A stretch of 63,415 nt of DNA, filler included, from Choristocarpus tenellus KU-1152 (Eukaryota > Protista > Phaeophyceae): NCBI GenBank assembly GCA_964200185.2. It is 12 parts of 12 records of this genome, joined end to end, with 100 filler letters (N's around TTAATTAATTAA, not from the genome) between each part and the next. Parts side by side here need not be neighbours in the genome. Positions count along the whole stretch, not along the records: positions 38,266 to 41,904 come from CAXNAD020018801.1; positions 42,005 to 45,430 come from CAXNAD020020110.1; positions 45,531 to 50,474 come from CAXNAD020012434.1; positions 50,575 to 57,857 come from CAXNAD020006412.1; 8 more parts are not named here. One strand, given 5' to 3'. Shown one piece after another: positions 39,300-53,090 of the stretch. The position numbers and the translations under genes are program-made. Below the pieces are notes generated by a model. It was not told the origin of the DNA. It searched no databases and worked only from the letters and a program-made list of their open reading frames with translations. The stretch's first letter is position 1. Each line of letters starts with the position of its first letter.

Positions 39300-40450
39300 A
39301 AGTCTCATTCATTTCCAGTGTATCCTAAAAGGAGGTGCCATTGTTGTTGAGGGTTCAATGTGACTTGTTTTCTCATCTGCATTTGTACGGCCCTACATTT
39401 TCCAATCCGATGACAAAATATCCATCTAGAGTATATATTTCTATACCCACAGAATTCTGATAGAAGGGTTATCTGAGTTTGTGGCATGAGAATGGGGTGT
39501 CAGGTAATGCATTTACACGCCCCCTAATAAAAGGGCCAACCTCAACCCCCCTCCAGGATACTTTAGCCCCCATCCATCTGCCCTGTGTCTCAAGGCACCT
39601 GGCTGGGTGCTTGAGATATATTCTACTACACAATATACGATAATTTCGTTGCTCTCCATCCCCTGTACACAACTGTAGGATGTACCCCCCTTCCCCACTG
39701 CCCTTGTATGAAAGGGCATTTTGGACTCTATGGCCCAATCTCCTGCTGCTTTGTCCAGAAACGTGATCATATCAAGAAACCTTCAATCCTGTGAGATTAT
39801 CTCAACCGATTCATTTACTTTTTCACTTGGGATCTCCAAACACAAGTCAACGCTTATAGGTTCGATCAGAGTGGTCCATTCAGTGGGTGATACCTCGGTC
39901 AAATCAACCAACAATAACAGTCCTTCTTGGCCTTCACTCTATTGCATGCCCATACTCTGATGCACTTGCGTTCTTGTGGATACTACTTAGCAAGAAATAT
40001 TGAGACGTAAGAGGTATGTCGACTTGATGCCTGACAACTCTGTGTTTCACTTGCCACCCCCAAAAGTGTCATCAACACACTCACGACAGGGGGAGGGTAA
40101 GTTGCTACACAATTTTTACCGTGCGTTTCCCTCTTTACTACTCATTGGTCAGATGCCTCAATACATGTATACCAGATACGGTCCAAATCATCCTTGCCCT
40201 TCCAGGCATCCCCGAAAACAACAGATAGACATTACTCCAAACTCAATCTAGCCCAACAGAGGGGATCTGTAAATCGAAGCTTTTATCTCCAACAAAAAAT
40301 ACACAAATGAACTTCCTTGGACAAGAGGAAGGTATGGCCACCTCTCCAAAGTAACAAACGATTCCTACTCTACATGAAGGGGGTGGCTGCGTGGGTACCA
40401 GTGTATATATTTTGAAACCGAATCTCTCCCTATGAGTCACAAGATCAGTG
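39300..40450 (-). mobile_element. Degenerate DDE transposase (Mutator/Kolobok-like)
   Basis: Frameshifted AAGD-GHRVQNA..GTSYSCVQGMESNEIIVYCVVEYISSTQPGAL(ETQG), resembling the DG..-TY.+MD...I+..-S..ME..G catalytic segment. Confidence 0.4.
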
Positions 40451-41711
40451 TGGAGGGCTCAACCTCTTGTCAACACAGACAACGCCTCCTATGATGTTCC
40501 AATACAGGTCCTGAGTCTAGACACCTCTCTTCGGACACTAAGCAAAACAATATCAACTGAAAAGGGGCAAAGGGCTACATTTACCCTTGCCCAGATCAAG
40601 AGGGGATGGGGGCTGGGGGGAAAGAGGGATAGGGAGGAAGCCTTATGCTGGGTACATCAACACCCTCAACATGGCAAACAATATCACAGGAGAACACTTA
40701 TCAATTTATGATATTCAATCTCGTACTGCACGGTAATTTTGTTGTGTTGGTGTGGCCGACACATTCTGCTTCCTTAAATTGTAGTTAAACAAATCTATTA
40801 CTCTGTGACATCATGGTAAAATACATTTGGATTGGGGTTTCGTATTGGTTGTGTAGGGTTGGTCGATTACTTGACTGACTGAGAGTGCACGCAATGGCTC
40901 CTTCCCTTGAGCAACCACAGTTTCCGCCATTATGGAATGCCTTGGGCGCAGTCTTCAATTTGTTTGTTTTTGTAGTGGGTTCTTGTTCTATCTGATTGGG
41001 GGAGAGCAAGGAGCAGGTAAGTTGATTTGAGAGCTCGGTAGGCTTTTTTTGGAGTCTGTTGGGTGGATCTTTTGTTATCCAGTGAATCCCAGGGTAAGGC
41101 TGGGAGTGAATCGAGTGGCTATTCGAAGGTGCTTAACCAGAACCCACAGAATTAGAATCTGTCTCTTTCGTGTGTCTTGGTCTGACTTTCCTGTACGGTT
41201 GAATTGACATTACTCTGCTTTGTATTAGTCTCTGGTCTTGTGATCCCATGGAGTTGCAGAACCCACATCCATTTTTGTTGTATGTCTTCAGCCCTGCGGT
41301 GACTGGGTTATGCCGTGAGGCCTCTAAATCCAGTCCTGCAGCGTCAGAGCCCAGAACAATCGAAACTAGTCCAACCCCGCAACGTCTGAGTCCAGACCAA
41401 TGGCGTCAGACGACAAGTGGGGGATGTATTGACATAATTGACATTGATACTTGGGATAGTGAGACCTCGCTGAAGTGGTAGCTGTTTCTGTTGGTAAGGG
41501 CAAGGCTGCTGGTCCAGGGGTTGGTACTGGTGTTCGGGAAGAAAGTTTAACTACAGCACAAAAAGATAAGAACGAGGGGTTTGGTAGTAGAGGGGAGACA
41601 TTGGGGAGGCGGGCGAGTGACAATGGGTGGGGCCACGGACAAGGGAACGAGTGACAGTGTAGAAAGGGTGGGGAAGAGGAACAAGGACACTTGAAGTGAG
41701 CAAGATTGAAG

Positions 41712-41896
41712 GGGTCAAAATCTGGGGGGAGGGTGGCGGCTGTCCCTTTGGGGCCAATTTTTTCCATGTCACGATTTTTGTGTGATTTTGGTTGCATACG
41801 TCAGATGGATAGTGTAAGTGCGCTTTTCCTGTTTATGGTCCAAATGGACACTCTGGTGCAGACCCCCCCCCCCCCCCCTCCCAGATACTTGGGGTC
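41712..41896 (-). mobile_element. MITE family B, complete
   Basis: gggtcaaaatctgggggg ... cccagatacttggggtc; flanked by AAG/AAG; 185 bp. Confidence 0.85.
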
Positions 41897-43399
41897 AAGT
41901 TGGGNNNNNNNNNNNNNNNNNNNNNNNNNNNNNNNNNNNNNNNNNNNNTTAATTAATTAANNNNNNNNNNNNNNNNNNNNNNNNNNNNNNNNNNNNNNNN
42001 NNNNCGAAATAGTTTTGAACAAAAATATATCCCATTCGTAGCGGGGCCCTTATAAAGTGCCGCAACATTTACAAAAAAAAACATATCGACACTTTTTCCA
42101 GGACAATTTTTCGTCAAACCCATCCCTCCATAGTATGCTCCATCCTCAATTTTGGTGAGACGCTGTTATATATAGTTTTCATTGGTTTCCCCCCTGACAC
42201 ATCTATCTGCAAAATGTCAGAGGGCATAATAATAATAAAAACAAATGGTGAATCATGGAATCAAAGGAGAATGGATCTTTGATGATCTCATAGAGGAATT
42301 ATCCAATCGAAGCGACCAATACGCGTTTGTTCCAGCCAATCCAAATGTTGCAAAAGCTGCATCACACAACGATAACACTCACATTGTTTTAGTTAGCACG
42401 GCAGATGCACACTCTATGCTTGTTAGTATGTTGCACCCTTTCACCGCCTCAGTCGAAACCCCGATCGTCAGGCAGGAACTGGGACTATCTCGCCACAACA
42501 GGACGTCCGTGCACTAAGACGTATCAAGCCAAACTTTACTGCCACACCAAGAGGTTGTCAACAGTGTACTGGCAGCCTTCGCGCCGATGTTTCAACCTAT
42601 TTTAACCCAGAACTCCTCGCCCGCTGTCTGTGCTGCCTTCAACAACCGACCTGGGAAACACGGGATATCGTTTGTCCCAAAATGCAATGCATCAAAACTC
42701 GTTCGGCCAGTCATATCCATTCCCCAGCCTGATCTTCGATCCCCACTTGCTTTAGCAATAGACAGGGTGAGCGATAGAAGTCGACACCAAACAACATAAT
42801 AAGGTCCTTAGTATGCAAAGAAGCAAGGAGTTGCCTCATGATCCCTCCACTCCTCTCCCCTATCCGACACACAGCCCAGAGGGTTCCAGCTCCTCATAGA
42901 AGGGCCTACATATGATTTTAAAAAAACACAGAGAAATTGGTAAAAGAAAACAATGGCTATGATGCATATTGTACAACACTACTGCTATATATATGAACAT
43001 AGTAAAGGCATTGATTTCCCGGATCTTCGCTTGTTTCGTTGGTGTTAAGTCATCCAGATCGTGTTTTTGATTTCAGGAAGGCGGTATTCCCCCTGTCTAA
43101 CTGTTCTTTGGCGCGCGCCTACACCCGTTTAGGGTGTCTCTCTCCCACTTCAAACTCTTTTGCCAACTTAGACCCCACACCCCTCGGGAACCTCTCGTGA
43201 CCCAGAGGAAGGGGGCGACGGGCTGTGGGGCCTCGCCACGGGGGTTGCGAGAGTGTTGTATGGCTCAGGCTGCAGCAGGAACAGTAAATAATGATGAGAA
43301 TATAGCCCATTCTGTGTTCCATTCTTTCGGAACCATTTCAGAACATAATTGTAGAATTCTTTGAAATTTAGTTCAATAATGTAAAATATTCCAAGGAAT

Positions 43400-44880
43400 C
43401 CAACACAAAAGTCTGTTTTGTAATTGGAGGTCATCATCCCGAAGGGCTAAGACTTCTCCGCCCAGACCTATGGGACAACAGAGAGTAGATTGTATGAAGA
43501 TTCCTGGGAGTTGCAGAGAAATCTCATGTATGATGCTATTAAACGCCTTTCAAGGTGTTTTTTGGTTTATTACATTGCTGGTGGTTACTAACGATCGGTT
43601 GAATTCGTTTCAGTTCTTATTTGGTCTATTGATGCCAAATGTATGCATAACGTTTGCAAGGAGAAAGCCCGCTGTTCACTCATCTGGAACAATATACGTG
43701 TAATTACGACAAAGACCCCATAGAGTCGGTTGTGCGTTTTGAAGCGACCCTAAATGAGGCGAGCCAGTCAATAAGGTGACCCAATCTGCCTTGGCACAAA
43801 TGTTATTTTGAATTTCGTGTCATAAGGCGTGTTTTGGGTCATACTGGGTAGACTCGCCAAAGAGTGGGCAGGCGTGCTTGTCAAGGGTAGTTAGAACCCT
43901 CTTTGTGGTCACATAATAAGGAACGAGCCACACATTATACTTTTTGTATGCCTTAGACATGCCATGCGCAGTAAACATCACTTGTCTCATTCCTACCATG
44001 ACGCTCGGACCACCACACTTGACTGAGCATAAAGACTACATCCATGAAACTGTGTGATATTGTGAATCTGTATGGCGACGACGAGATGAAGAGGCCGTGC
44101 ATCAATTTGCTACACTTCTGATGAGTATATTCTGACGAGGAGGAAAGTGACAAGAGTAACAGTGATAATGAGTCTGTCGTTTTGTTAGTGAATTCTTTTC
44201 CTCCGACTAGAAACAATAGCCTTGTCATTGACAAGTTGCATCTGGCACAGGATCAGCTTTGGGGGAAAGGTAATAAAAGTACGGTTTGGACAGTGCCTTG
44301 TCCAGCATGATAAAGTGCAATGGGAAGTGTTAGGGGTTACAGAACAGATGGCGCCAACAAAATGAGGTGGTTATCTTTGACTGCAAAAGGTGAAGTGGTG
44401 GACTTCCTAGGTAGGCACAAGATGAACCACGGCGACATAACCAAGCGATACAGTGTTGGTGTCAGGGACATCTCAAGAACTCGATCCGGAAGGAGAAGAC
44501 TGAGAAATAACTTCTTACCAGCGGAAAGGGCGATGAGATATGGTGGTTTGGATTCCACGACACCCAGAGGTAAGCTATTATAGCTGCTAATATATGTGTG
44601 TGTTGTGGTATAGTTTGTGACGTCCAACTGCTTGCCAGCTGCGATCATGAGCCAAACCAATTGAGAGGTAGACAGATTTGGAAATTTTTGCATTCTAAAA
44701 TACCATTCTTAACCTGTGCATTACATTCTTTTTCATTGTTTTATGTCCACAATAGTGTTCGCGAAATTGATGTTGCCCCTTTCCGCACCCAAGCGACACC
44801 ACAATTAAGCAAGGTTCTTTCCACAATTGTACAAAATTGCGTCTTTTCGCCCTTTCTTGGAATCCTCAAAATGAACACTG
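43400..44880 (-). mobile_element. Decayed LINE-like RT remnant
   Basis: GVRKG..S segment (cf. GVRQG..SP) followed by decayed downstream RT-like segments; many stops. Confidence 0.3.
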
Positions 44881-44884
44881 CTAG

Positions 44885-45290
44885 ATAGCATGGTCATAGA
44901 CTTTGTGGAGGAGGCCAGGAGAGTTGGTCTGCCTGTGACTCGAGACACCATAGAGTCATTTTGGTCTGAAGGCTAAAAGCAGAACTTGTTTTGAAAAAGT
45001 CGCCTGATGTACATATCAAGACCTTGGAGGACTTTGGTGCTGGGGAGAAAAGTTGTGAAGAAGTTTCATTTCAGAAATTGAGTATTGACGTCCGACAAGG
45101 AGAGGAGGGAAAGAGAGATTATAGTTTTGACTGGGGAGGGCATAGGAAGGCCTTGAAGACCTTGGGGTGAAGGCTGGTGAGCTCCCTTCCCACCAGCAAC
45201 ATCATCTCTAGGGCTCAGGAATGGCTGCAACTAGAAGAGCAGGAGGATGTAGCTGAGGCCTCGCAGGATGTTAGGAACAAATAAGCCTAC
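44885..45290 (+). mobile_element. pogo/Tc5-type CENP-B helix-turn-helix transposase remnant
   Basis: VIDFVEEARRVGLPVTRDTIESF...KKFHFR matches the CENP-B HTH pattern. Confidence 0.45.
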
Positions 45291-45875
45291 GGAGGTACTT
45301 TGTGTGTTACAAGCACTTTCAGGCTGGTGAGGAAGGGGGTGAATCATCCATAGACTAGGGTGTGCTATAGGATGGTGATGGGGGTAGGGGGGTGGGTCTC
45401 TCTCCACCTCCCTTCCTGTTGAAGGGGTACNNNNNNNNNNNNNNNNNNNNNNNNNNNNNNNNNNNNNNNNNNNNTTAATTAATTAANNNNNNNNNNNNNN
45501 NNNNNNNNNNNNNNNNNNNNNNNNNNNNNNAGATAGGTCGCCTTCAGGGTATACCTTCTGTGGAATATGGCTCTCACACTACTCGCATTTGTGAAAATAA
45601 ATGAATTTTGCACATATTTGTCAGCATCTTTAAAACGTAATTCTGACTGCCTCTCGTTTACTCTGACTCACTGTTTCAGCAAAAAACAATGAAAGGGGCT
45701 TTGAAGAAATCACTTATTTTCAATGAGTTTTTCGTTGTGCTTATAGTTTCCTGTGTGACCCATCATAAATCATAGATCCCAAATATGGGTCCATCACTGT
45801 ACACCTAAATGATTTCATGCATCAAGCAAACAAGTGCAAAACTGACCCTCTTATTGCACAACATTCTTCTTGTAG

Positions 45876-46346
45876 GTCCATGGTGGAGATCCGTGCAGCT
45901 AGAGCGAGATGGATATGAACAATTTGTGTGTACACTGTACTGTCGTTGCTCTTGCTGTACGTGAATCAGATGGTCTGCCTGTGGATTGTGCTCCACATGC
46001 ACTGCGATTTAGATGTATGTGAAGCGATTGAAGAGAGAGCTGGTACCTCTGAAGAACATGGGGTGGGCATTGGAGTCTCTGCACAAGATAGAGAGAGAGA
46101 TTTTCCCCAGGGAGCAGAGGAAGAAGGGGGGGGGGCAAGCGAATATAATTTATTGCATAGAAGCGACAAAAATTGTGTAAATTAATTGGTCAAGTTGCTC
46201 AATATCCACTATCTTCCTGTCGCCCACCTGTAATGGACATGGAAAAATACCTAGCCAATTTCAATGTCCACGAGAAATTGAGCACACCTCATAGAGCAGA
46301 ATACGCTGGGAGACTCGATCACTGCAGAGCAATACTTGTTACGGAG
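45876..46346 (+). pseudogene. Possible intron-bounded transposase-like exon, decayed
   Basis: AG..GT bounded; broken frames read GGD..NLCVHC, IVLHMHC/PHALR and KLIGQVA. Confidence 0.25.
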
Positions 46347-47963
46347 GTTAGAGTCACGAAGGATAGTGCTACACACCTCTTGAAATGAGAACAAGTGGTG
46401 TTAAACAGAGTGTAATGTTGTATGGTATATTGCATAAAGTTAGATATCATTATGAGTTTGACTTGTTTTTGTGCTGACAAACGTGCATCCCTTGCTGGTG
46501 ATGGCATTTATCTTCCAGCACAATGACCTGTTCAAGGTCTGCAGTAGCGGCACAATCATTACAATGTACCTTTTTTCTGATTCAACAGTTTGGTGTCTCC
46601 CACCCCAACACATGATCTTATGATGACCTCTTCTCGTGTAGTGTGGTGCATCCCCTGATTGATAATTTCTTGGTGATTTCTTGATCAAAGCTATCATTGC
46701 CTTCTGTACAATTCATCAGGGCATCCACATTCTGACTGTTACAAGCGGCGAGAATGGAATTTGGGACATAGGGGGCTCGTGGCTGGGCTAGCAGCGACTG
46801 GCAAAGTATAGGGGTCTTCAATTTCAATGGACGGATTCTGGTGGACCCGCCACTATTATATCAACATTGCGGGCAATTCTAACGTACAACTCCAATCTTT
46901 ACATCCTTTCATAGAGAGTTAACGGCAGCCTTCCCTCTCCTCCACGACCGTCTCGTTGTCTAGAGAACGTGGGTTCATGAGACCTTTGTCATAAAAATAA
47001 TTTCTTCCCTCTTGTTGTGTATCTTTTTTTTTTTTATCACCATTCGTAATAGTAATATATCCTCCTTTGCAAGTCAAGACCGCCAATAGCCAACCCCACA
47101 ATATTTCAGTATCTCTTCTGCTGTGCATCCTACTACTCAAGGGTGGGAAAAGGCATTTTGAGGAACGACCTCGAGCAATGTCACAACCTCTTTGAGGGAT
47201 AATGCTCTTGCCATCCCTATGCTTTCTCCAGCATCATGTACAGCATATACCCAGAAGTGTTAGCAAGTGATGGCTGTGTCAAGTTGATTTCCAACATCAA
47301 CATTGACCTGTACCGTCCAAGCTGCAAAGGGAGAAAGCAGGATATAGGACGCAAGTGCAAACCGGTTGAGATTGAAAGTGACATGTACTCTCCCCAAGCA
47401 ACTAGACGAACGTCAAAGTATCTGGGGGGGGGGGTGCCGGAGTCCGTTTTTTAACCTTTTTCGATTTTCACTTTTTGGTGTGATTTGGTCGCACGTGTGG
47501 GTTTTGAAATGTCAGCAAAAAGAAGAAGACTGTTTGTTAGGTTCATTTCTGCCCTTGCGTACGCAAGAGGAATGGGAATATATGCCACCATTTAATTGGA
47601 TTTGGTTAGGAGTTTGGACGTTTGCATGTGTCAGATTTCGAGTTTGTTCAATCAGGTTTATTGGTTTATGTATGTTGGTCGTGCAGTTACGATAAAGAAT
47701 AAGAGGTATGTGCTAGGCTGTTCCAGGGCTGGATATTGTTTTTTTTGGTTACATGAGTAGGTTTTGTTAGCACATAAAGAGGGCTGTCGGTTAGGGTGTG
47801 TTTTCCCACTGTTGGATGAGGAATTGAAAAAAATAATAAGGGCTGTTGCGAGGTTGCTTTTATCGTTTATTTGCTTGTGTGAGTCGTGTCTGGTGTGTAC
47901 ACAAAGGGGACTGTCAGTTTGGGCCTGTTCTTCCGGCGTGCGCACGAGGAACAAAAACATACG

Positions 47964-48223
47964 GAGCCAAAGTGTTTTAGAGGGTAGAGCGGTGTCCATT
48001 TGGGGGTCAAAGTTAAAAAAAATTGCGATTTTGATGTAATTTTGGCTATCGTGTTACACTAGGAAGTGTCATTATCCTTGTTCCAGACACACCTTTTCAT
48101 AACGTGTACATTTTACCTTCTCCGAATTTCGGAGTAGGAAAATTACATTAAAAAAATCGTTAGAAGCCAAGCACTGAAGGGACAAACAGGGCAAAACTCG
48201 TACCCTCCAAGATATTTTCACTC
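47964..48223 (+). mobile_element. MITE family A, complete
   Basis: gagccaaagtgttttagagggta ... taccctccaagatattttcactc. Confidence 0.9.
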
Positions 48224-49076
48224 TATATCATGCACAGTTTAAATGTAGCACTTCGTTTATTTGTGTGCATGTGTTGGATTTAGTATGTAATAAGACATGG
48301 TTATCGCTGAGGGTGTTAGGGTTGAAGTTGTCGGTACGAAGTACGGGAAGAGGTGTGGACGTAATATGGACGTGTATACGAGTGGTTATTGGTCAAGATC
48401 TATTATCGTATGTTTCTCTGAAAGTAGTTCAAGGTACACTTCCACAGGTCCTGGGTTGGTGCTGTGCTTAGGAAGATCGTGCGTGGACTTAATTATATGA
48501 TCCCCCAAGATTCGAAGGAGAACGAGATCGAATCTAGTTTGTGGACACTTCGGCAAAGCAAGAGGTGGTGCATAGAGTATTGAGAAGAAGGGAGGGGGTG
48601 CGTTATAGTGTACAACGAATAAATAGCGGCTTTGAGAAGGGTAGGGTATTCATCGCAGCCCCTGGCGAATTGTTTGGAAAGGTTAGCTGAGCAGATGGAG
48701 AAGATTTGTTTGTTTGATGTATTATATTTGAGTTGTCTAAACCTTGTAGCAGACACGCTCTATTAAACAAATAATAACACAGGTCTAATCCTCAACGTGA
48801 GTATGATATATGATACGCTGACAACTCTGACTGGTAGCAATGTATCCGATACCACTATCTAAATGCATAACTCATGGAATGCAAAGCGCATGAACATGGT
48901 AGTCGGACACTAAGGCAAGGTACACTGATGCATATATCAGCACAACCTGTAACTCTACTCGTACTTCAACAAAAAACCGAAACAACGGAAGCCCTATTTG
49001 AATTGGTGGGCGGACTCGAAATTGCATTCGTCCCCCTTCTCCCACCACTCTACAAGCTTAGGGTATGCCTCGTCAA

Positions 49077-49334
49077 GAGTCAAAGTACCTTAGAGGGTAG
49101 AGCCGCGTTCATTTGGGGATCAAAATCCAATGTCGCAATTTTGATGTAATTTTGGCCATCATGTTTGTTAGCAAGTGCCATTATCCTTGTTCCGGACACA
49201 CCTTTCATAACGTATGCATTCTACCTACTCCGAAACATTTTGGAGTAGGTAAAATGTCATCAAAAACCCGTGGGAAGCCAAGCCCCAAATGGACAAACAG
49301 GGCAAAACTCGTACTCTCTAAGATACTTTCACTC
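49077..49334 (+). mobile_element. MITE family A, complete
   Basis: TIRs gagtcaaagtaccttagagggta ... tactctctaagatactttcactc; flanked by TCAA/TCAA; 258 bp. Confidence 0.93.
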
Positions 49335-49927
49335 TCAAGAAGGTGCCATAGATTTAGGAGTGTGGAGTACCTGGCGTTCCAAGGTTTGTGGTTCACGAGG
49401 CTCAAGAAGATAGCCTTCCTCGCCTGGAGCGGTTCCACATGTTTGGGACGCAATGTGTTACCTGGCTACCCTCCACGATCACCGAGTTTAACCTTTGTGG
49501 GCTCGTGGACGTAGAATTCATCCCTGAAAACAAGAGAAACGGCCCCTTTAACAGCCTTGATGAGACGGAACCCATGGTCGTATATGACTTGGGTGACGAT
49601 TTGAGTCTGCACTTGATACTGTGAAGAAGCTGGTTTCGTTGCCGATTGTAGGAGCTCGGTAACACACACCTCCATGAAGGCTTCGGTGATCCCCACATCG
49701 GATGCATCGCCAGAGTCGGCCGCGTCCTGAGCGACGCAATCCTCATCACCATGAGATTATCTTTCGTCGTCATCGTCATACCTCGATGTGGATGAACACG
49801 AATTTACTGCTTATCTGCCCATTTTGGCAGAAGCGAAGACGTTGTCGAAGAAGCCAGGTTCTAATGTGTTGGCATGAGGACCACGAGGCTATTTGAAGGG
49901 TCTCATCTGTCCAGCACCTTCTCCCCC

Positions 49928-50430
49928 CCTCTTCTTCCTAATTAGTGCTCCTTTCTCCTGTCCTTTGCCCTTCTCGGAAGGCTTGTCCCTCGGGGTTTGG
50001 ATAGGAGCGGCATGGACGCGGTTCTCACTTGGCCTCACAGTATGGTCGTAGGTGTTCCCTGACACTTGTGCGTCGTCGCCGCCGCTGCCCACCGAATGGG
50101 CGTTTGGGGACATCCTGAGGCCACTCAGTTAGAGTCCACGCCTGAACACCCACCCACGTCCTCCTGTACAAGTTCCTCTGGACCTGAGAAAGCGTCACGA
50201 TCGGGTCAGTCTACATCGTTTTCAGAGTCTTCTCTAACCCTCTTCTTCCTAATCAGCGTTCTTTTTCACTTCCCTTTGCCCTTTTCGGAAGGCTTGTCCC
50301 TCAGGGTTGGGGTAGGATCGGCATGGACGCGGTTCTCACTTGGCCTCACACTATGGTCGTACACGTTTCCTGGCACTTGTGACTCGTCGCCGCTGCTGTC
50401 CACCAAATGGGCGTTCGGGGACATCCTGGG
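49928..50430. repeat. Direct duplication of ~190 bp at ~310-bp spacing
   Basis: 49928-50120 vs 50238-50430 share ctcttcttcctaat..ggcatggacgcggttctcacttggcctcaca..ggacatcctg. Confidence 0.9.
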
Positions 50431-52444
50431 GTCGCTCAGGACAGGCGTGGACTCTGAGTCCTTGCCCAGCCGCCNNNNNNNNNNNNNNNNNNNNNNNNNN
50501 NNNNNNNNNNNNNNNNNNTTAATTAATTAANNNNNNNNNNNNNNNNNNNNNNNNNNNNNNNNNNNNNNNNNNNNCCTCCCAGATACTTTGAGCCAAACAC
50601 TAGTGTTGTTTCTATAGATCTTGATGTTGTGGAGAGTGCAGAGACGCTGCTTGTTACTTCCCCCACTAGCAATACCTTGGCCTCTGTCGCACAGGTGGTT
50701 CGTTTTCCAACAAAGCAGTTGTCTCTGATAGCAACATAACAGGTAGCAGCACCACTGGTAGCAAAAAGTACTTTCTGATTAGTAGTGCCTGAGGTCTCGA
50801 GGATGGCGAACACTTTCTTTACACCTCCAGGTTTACTTGGGGTCATGGATTTGTGAAGTCGAACTTGCCAGAGAAGAATGTGACCCATTCGTCAACATAT
50901 GAATGGGCTGTGCGAGTGGACGAGTGGAGAAGTAACAACAAAGAAAGGATGTAACCTTTGATTCACACCGATTCAATTACTCCACCTGCATGGCATGCAG
51001 GGTGAACGGTGGTAGGGGCTCCTTCATTAAGGTTAAATTATAGAGCAATACTTCTCATGCCACAAAACATCTTGTCAAGGGCAAGCCGCAAGTATGTTAT
51101 TCAGAAGGAAACTTTAGTGAGTTGGTGTGAAACCCTGCCAGAATGCTGGTCTAACATTTGTTGATTAAACAAATGAGCTATTCTAATATTTGGGGGTTTA
51201 GTTTTTTTGATGGTGGAATAAAACTTCAACCTAATTAATAATTTCTCAAAACCGAGCATTAATCCAATACAAACGCCATGATCCTTTCCACCTGCGATGT
51301 GATTTGTTATGTGGTGTTCGTAACTTGTATTACTGTATTGTGGCACAACATAATGGCGTGGTATATCATAGGACTTGAGAGAATATTATGTCGTAACCCT
51401 ATGTTGTCTCACAACACAATGTTGTAACAACAAATTGTATGGCACATGGTATTCTGTTTTCGACCAGAGTGTTACGAACATAACACAGTGTTGTACTTCA
51501 AAGTATATGTTTCTGTCTGGAGTGGAACAGATATTCTGGAAGTAACATACTGGAGTAGTTTTGTACGATTACATATTTTGAATTAGACCGTTAGAGGCAT
51601 AGAGTGTCGGCAGTCGCCTCTAGGATCAGACCGGTCTTGATTGTTTTGAAAAGGTCGCCCAACGAGTTAAACAATGATCAGCATATCGAATGAAAGCTCT
51701 TGATCTAAGCTATCGCACGTTGCCTGGAATGAGAGCCAACATTCCTGTCAGTCTTAAGGAGGAAGGGGAGCTGTCCAGAGTAATTGTGGAGAGATCTTCA
51801 GGATGGTCTTATTGCTTACCACCTGATATATTCCAACAAGAAAGGCATGGAGTGCACCAGATTGGACAGAGTGTACAAGACATTTAGTCTCGCAGGAGGC
51901 CTGCACCTTCAGAATACCTCATTTGACTTGGCATGGATTGTATGATTCAGAGGCCTGGGTCCCCATCATTGAGTCTTAACCAGCACGTGACAACATCGCA
52001 TAAACGGGAAATCGTGGAAAGAGAATGGAGAGACAACATCGCCCATGTTCTCGTCAACATCATCCTTAAATTCGCGGTTCGTGCGCACCGTGTGGCACCC
52101 CCGCGCGAACCGCGCGAGAACTGCTTGATTTTACTACAAGTTGACCAACCGAGACCCATCAAATATGATGCTAAGCATGCTGATGCGATTACAACAAACA
52201 AATTTTTATGAAAAAAACTTGGTGATCAAAAGTTGTGGCACGACAAAGTTGATGCCAAAACGACTGCCAACACTACTGTACCCCAAAATTTTTAATTTCA
52301 ATATCTTTCACATTTTACGACAACTGTTACTTTTTAAGGGCTGTTCTAACATTTGAATGTTTTTTATTGTTTTTCTCCCTGACACATCTGCAAAATGTCA
52401 GAGAGCATAATAATAAAAACATTTTGTAGGCATAATATGTCTGT

Positions 52445-52669
52445 CTCCGCTTAGGGTCCAAAATCCAATGTTGCGATTTGATGTAATTTTGGCTATCGTG
52501 TTTGTTAGGAAGTGTCAATATCCTTGTTCTGAAAACAACTTTTCATAGCGTATACACTTTACCTACTCCAAAACATTTCTGAGTAGGAAAATATCATCAG
52601 AAAAGCAGTGGGAAGCCAGGCCCCAAACGGACAAACAGGGCAAAACTGCCCTCCACGATACTTTTACTC
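52445..52669 (+). mobile_element. MITE family A, 5'-damaged
   Basis: The body and right TIR (ccctccacgatacttttactc) match the other copies. Confidence 0.85.
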
Positions 52670-53090
52670 TCATATCGTCCTGTAGCAATTTGAGGTGAGA
52701 ACAAAGTCTTGGAGTCTTGAACAGAAGCCCTCACTGACACACATCCAGACTGATTTGGTAATTGTGACAGTAGTAAATCCTTGTCTATTACATGTTGTGG
52801 ATTGTTGTGTATTGTTTTGTACTGAGACTTTGATCCAAAACATAAGGGACCACGGTAACACTGGCATTGCCATTGCACATCATTAACGCGCGACAACTGT
52901 AACAGAGCACTTTGGAAAGTAACACTGAGACCCTGTCCAGACTAAGGACAGCAGCACGAGCACCAGTCAGTGATGTTGTTGCCGAAGATATTGAGGAGGT
53001 GTTGCTTGTTGGTTCTGTCCTAGGCAGCACCACAAAACACCCGTCCCATGAGTGATCTTGGCTGGTAGTTCAGACAGATCAGTTACCGCT

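Larger units (their letters stand above)
48970..50474 (-). pseudogene. Unknown decayed ORF with an internal duplication, interrupted by a MITE
   Basis: Coding-like frame with stops; reads LLNLWHLLDEAYPKLVEWWEK after MITE removal. Confidence 0.4.

Noticed and set aside
51690-52200. LINE RT fragment
   Set aside because: Only a faint GDP-like motif; insufficient support.
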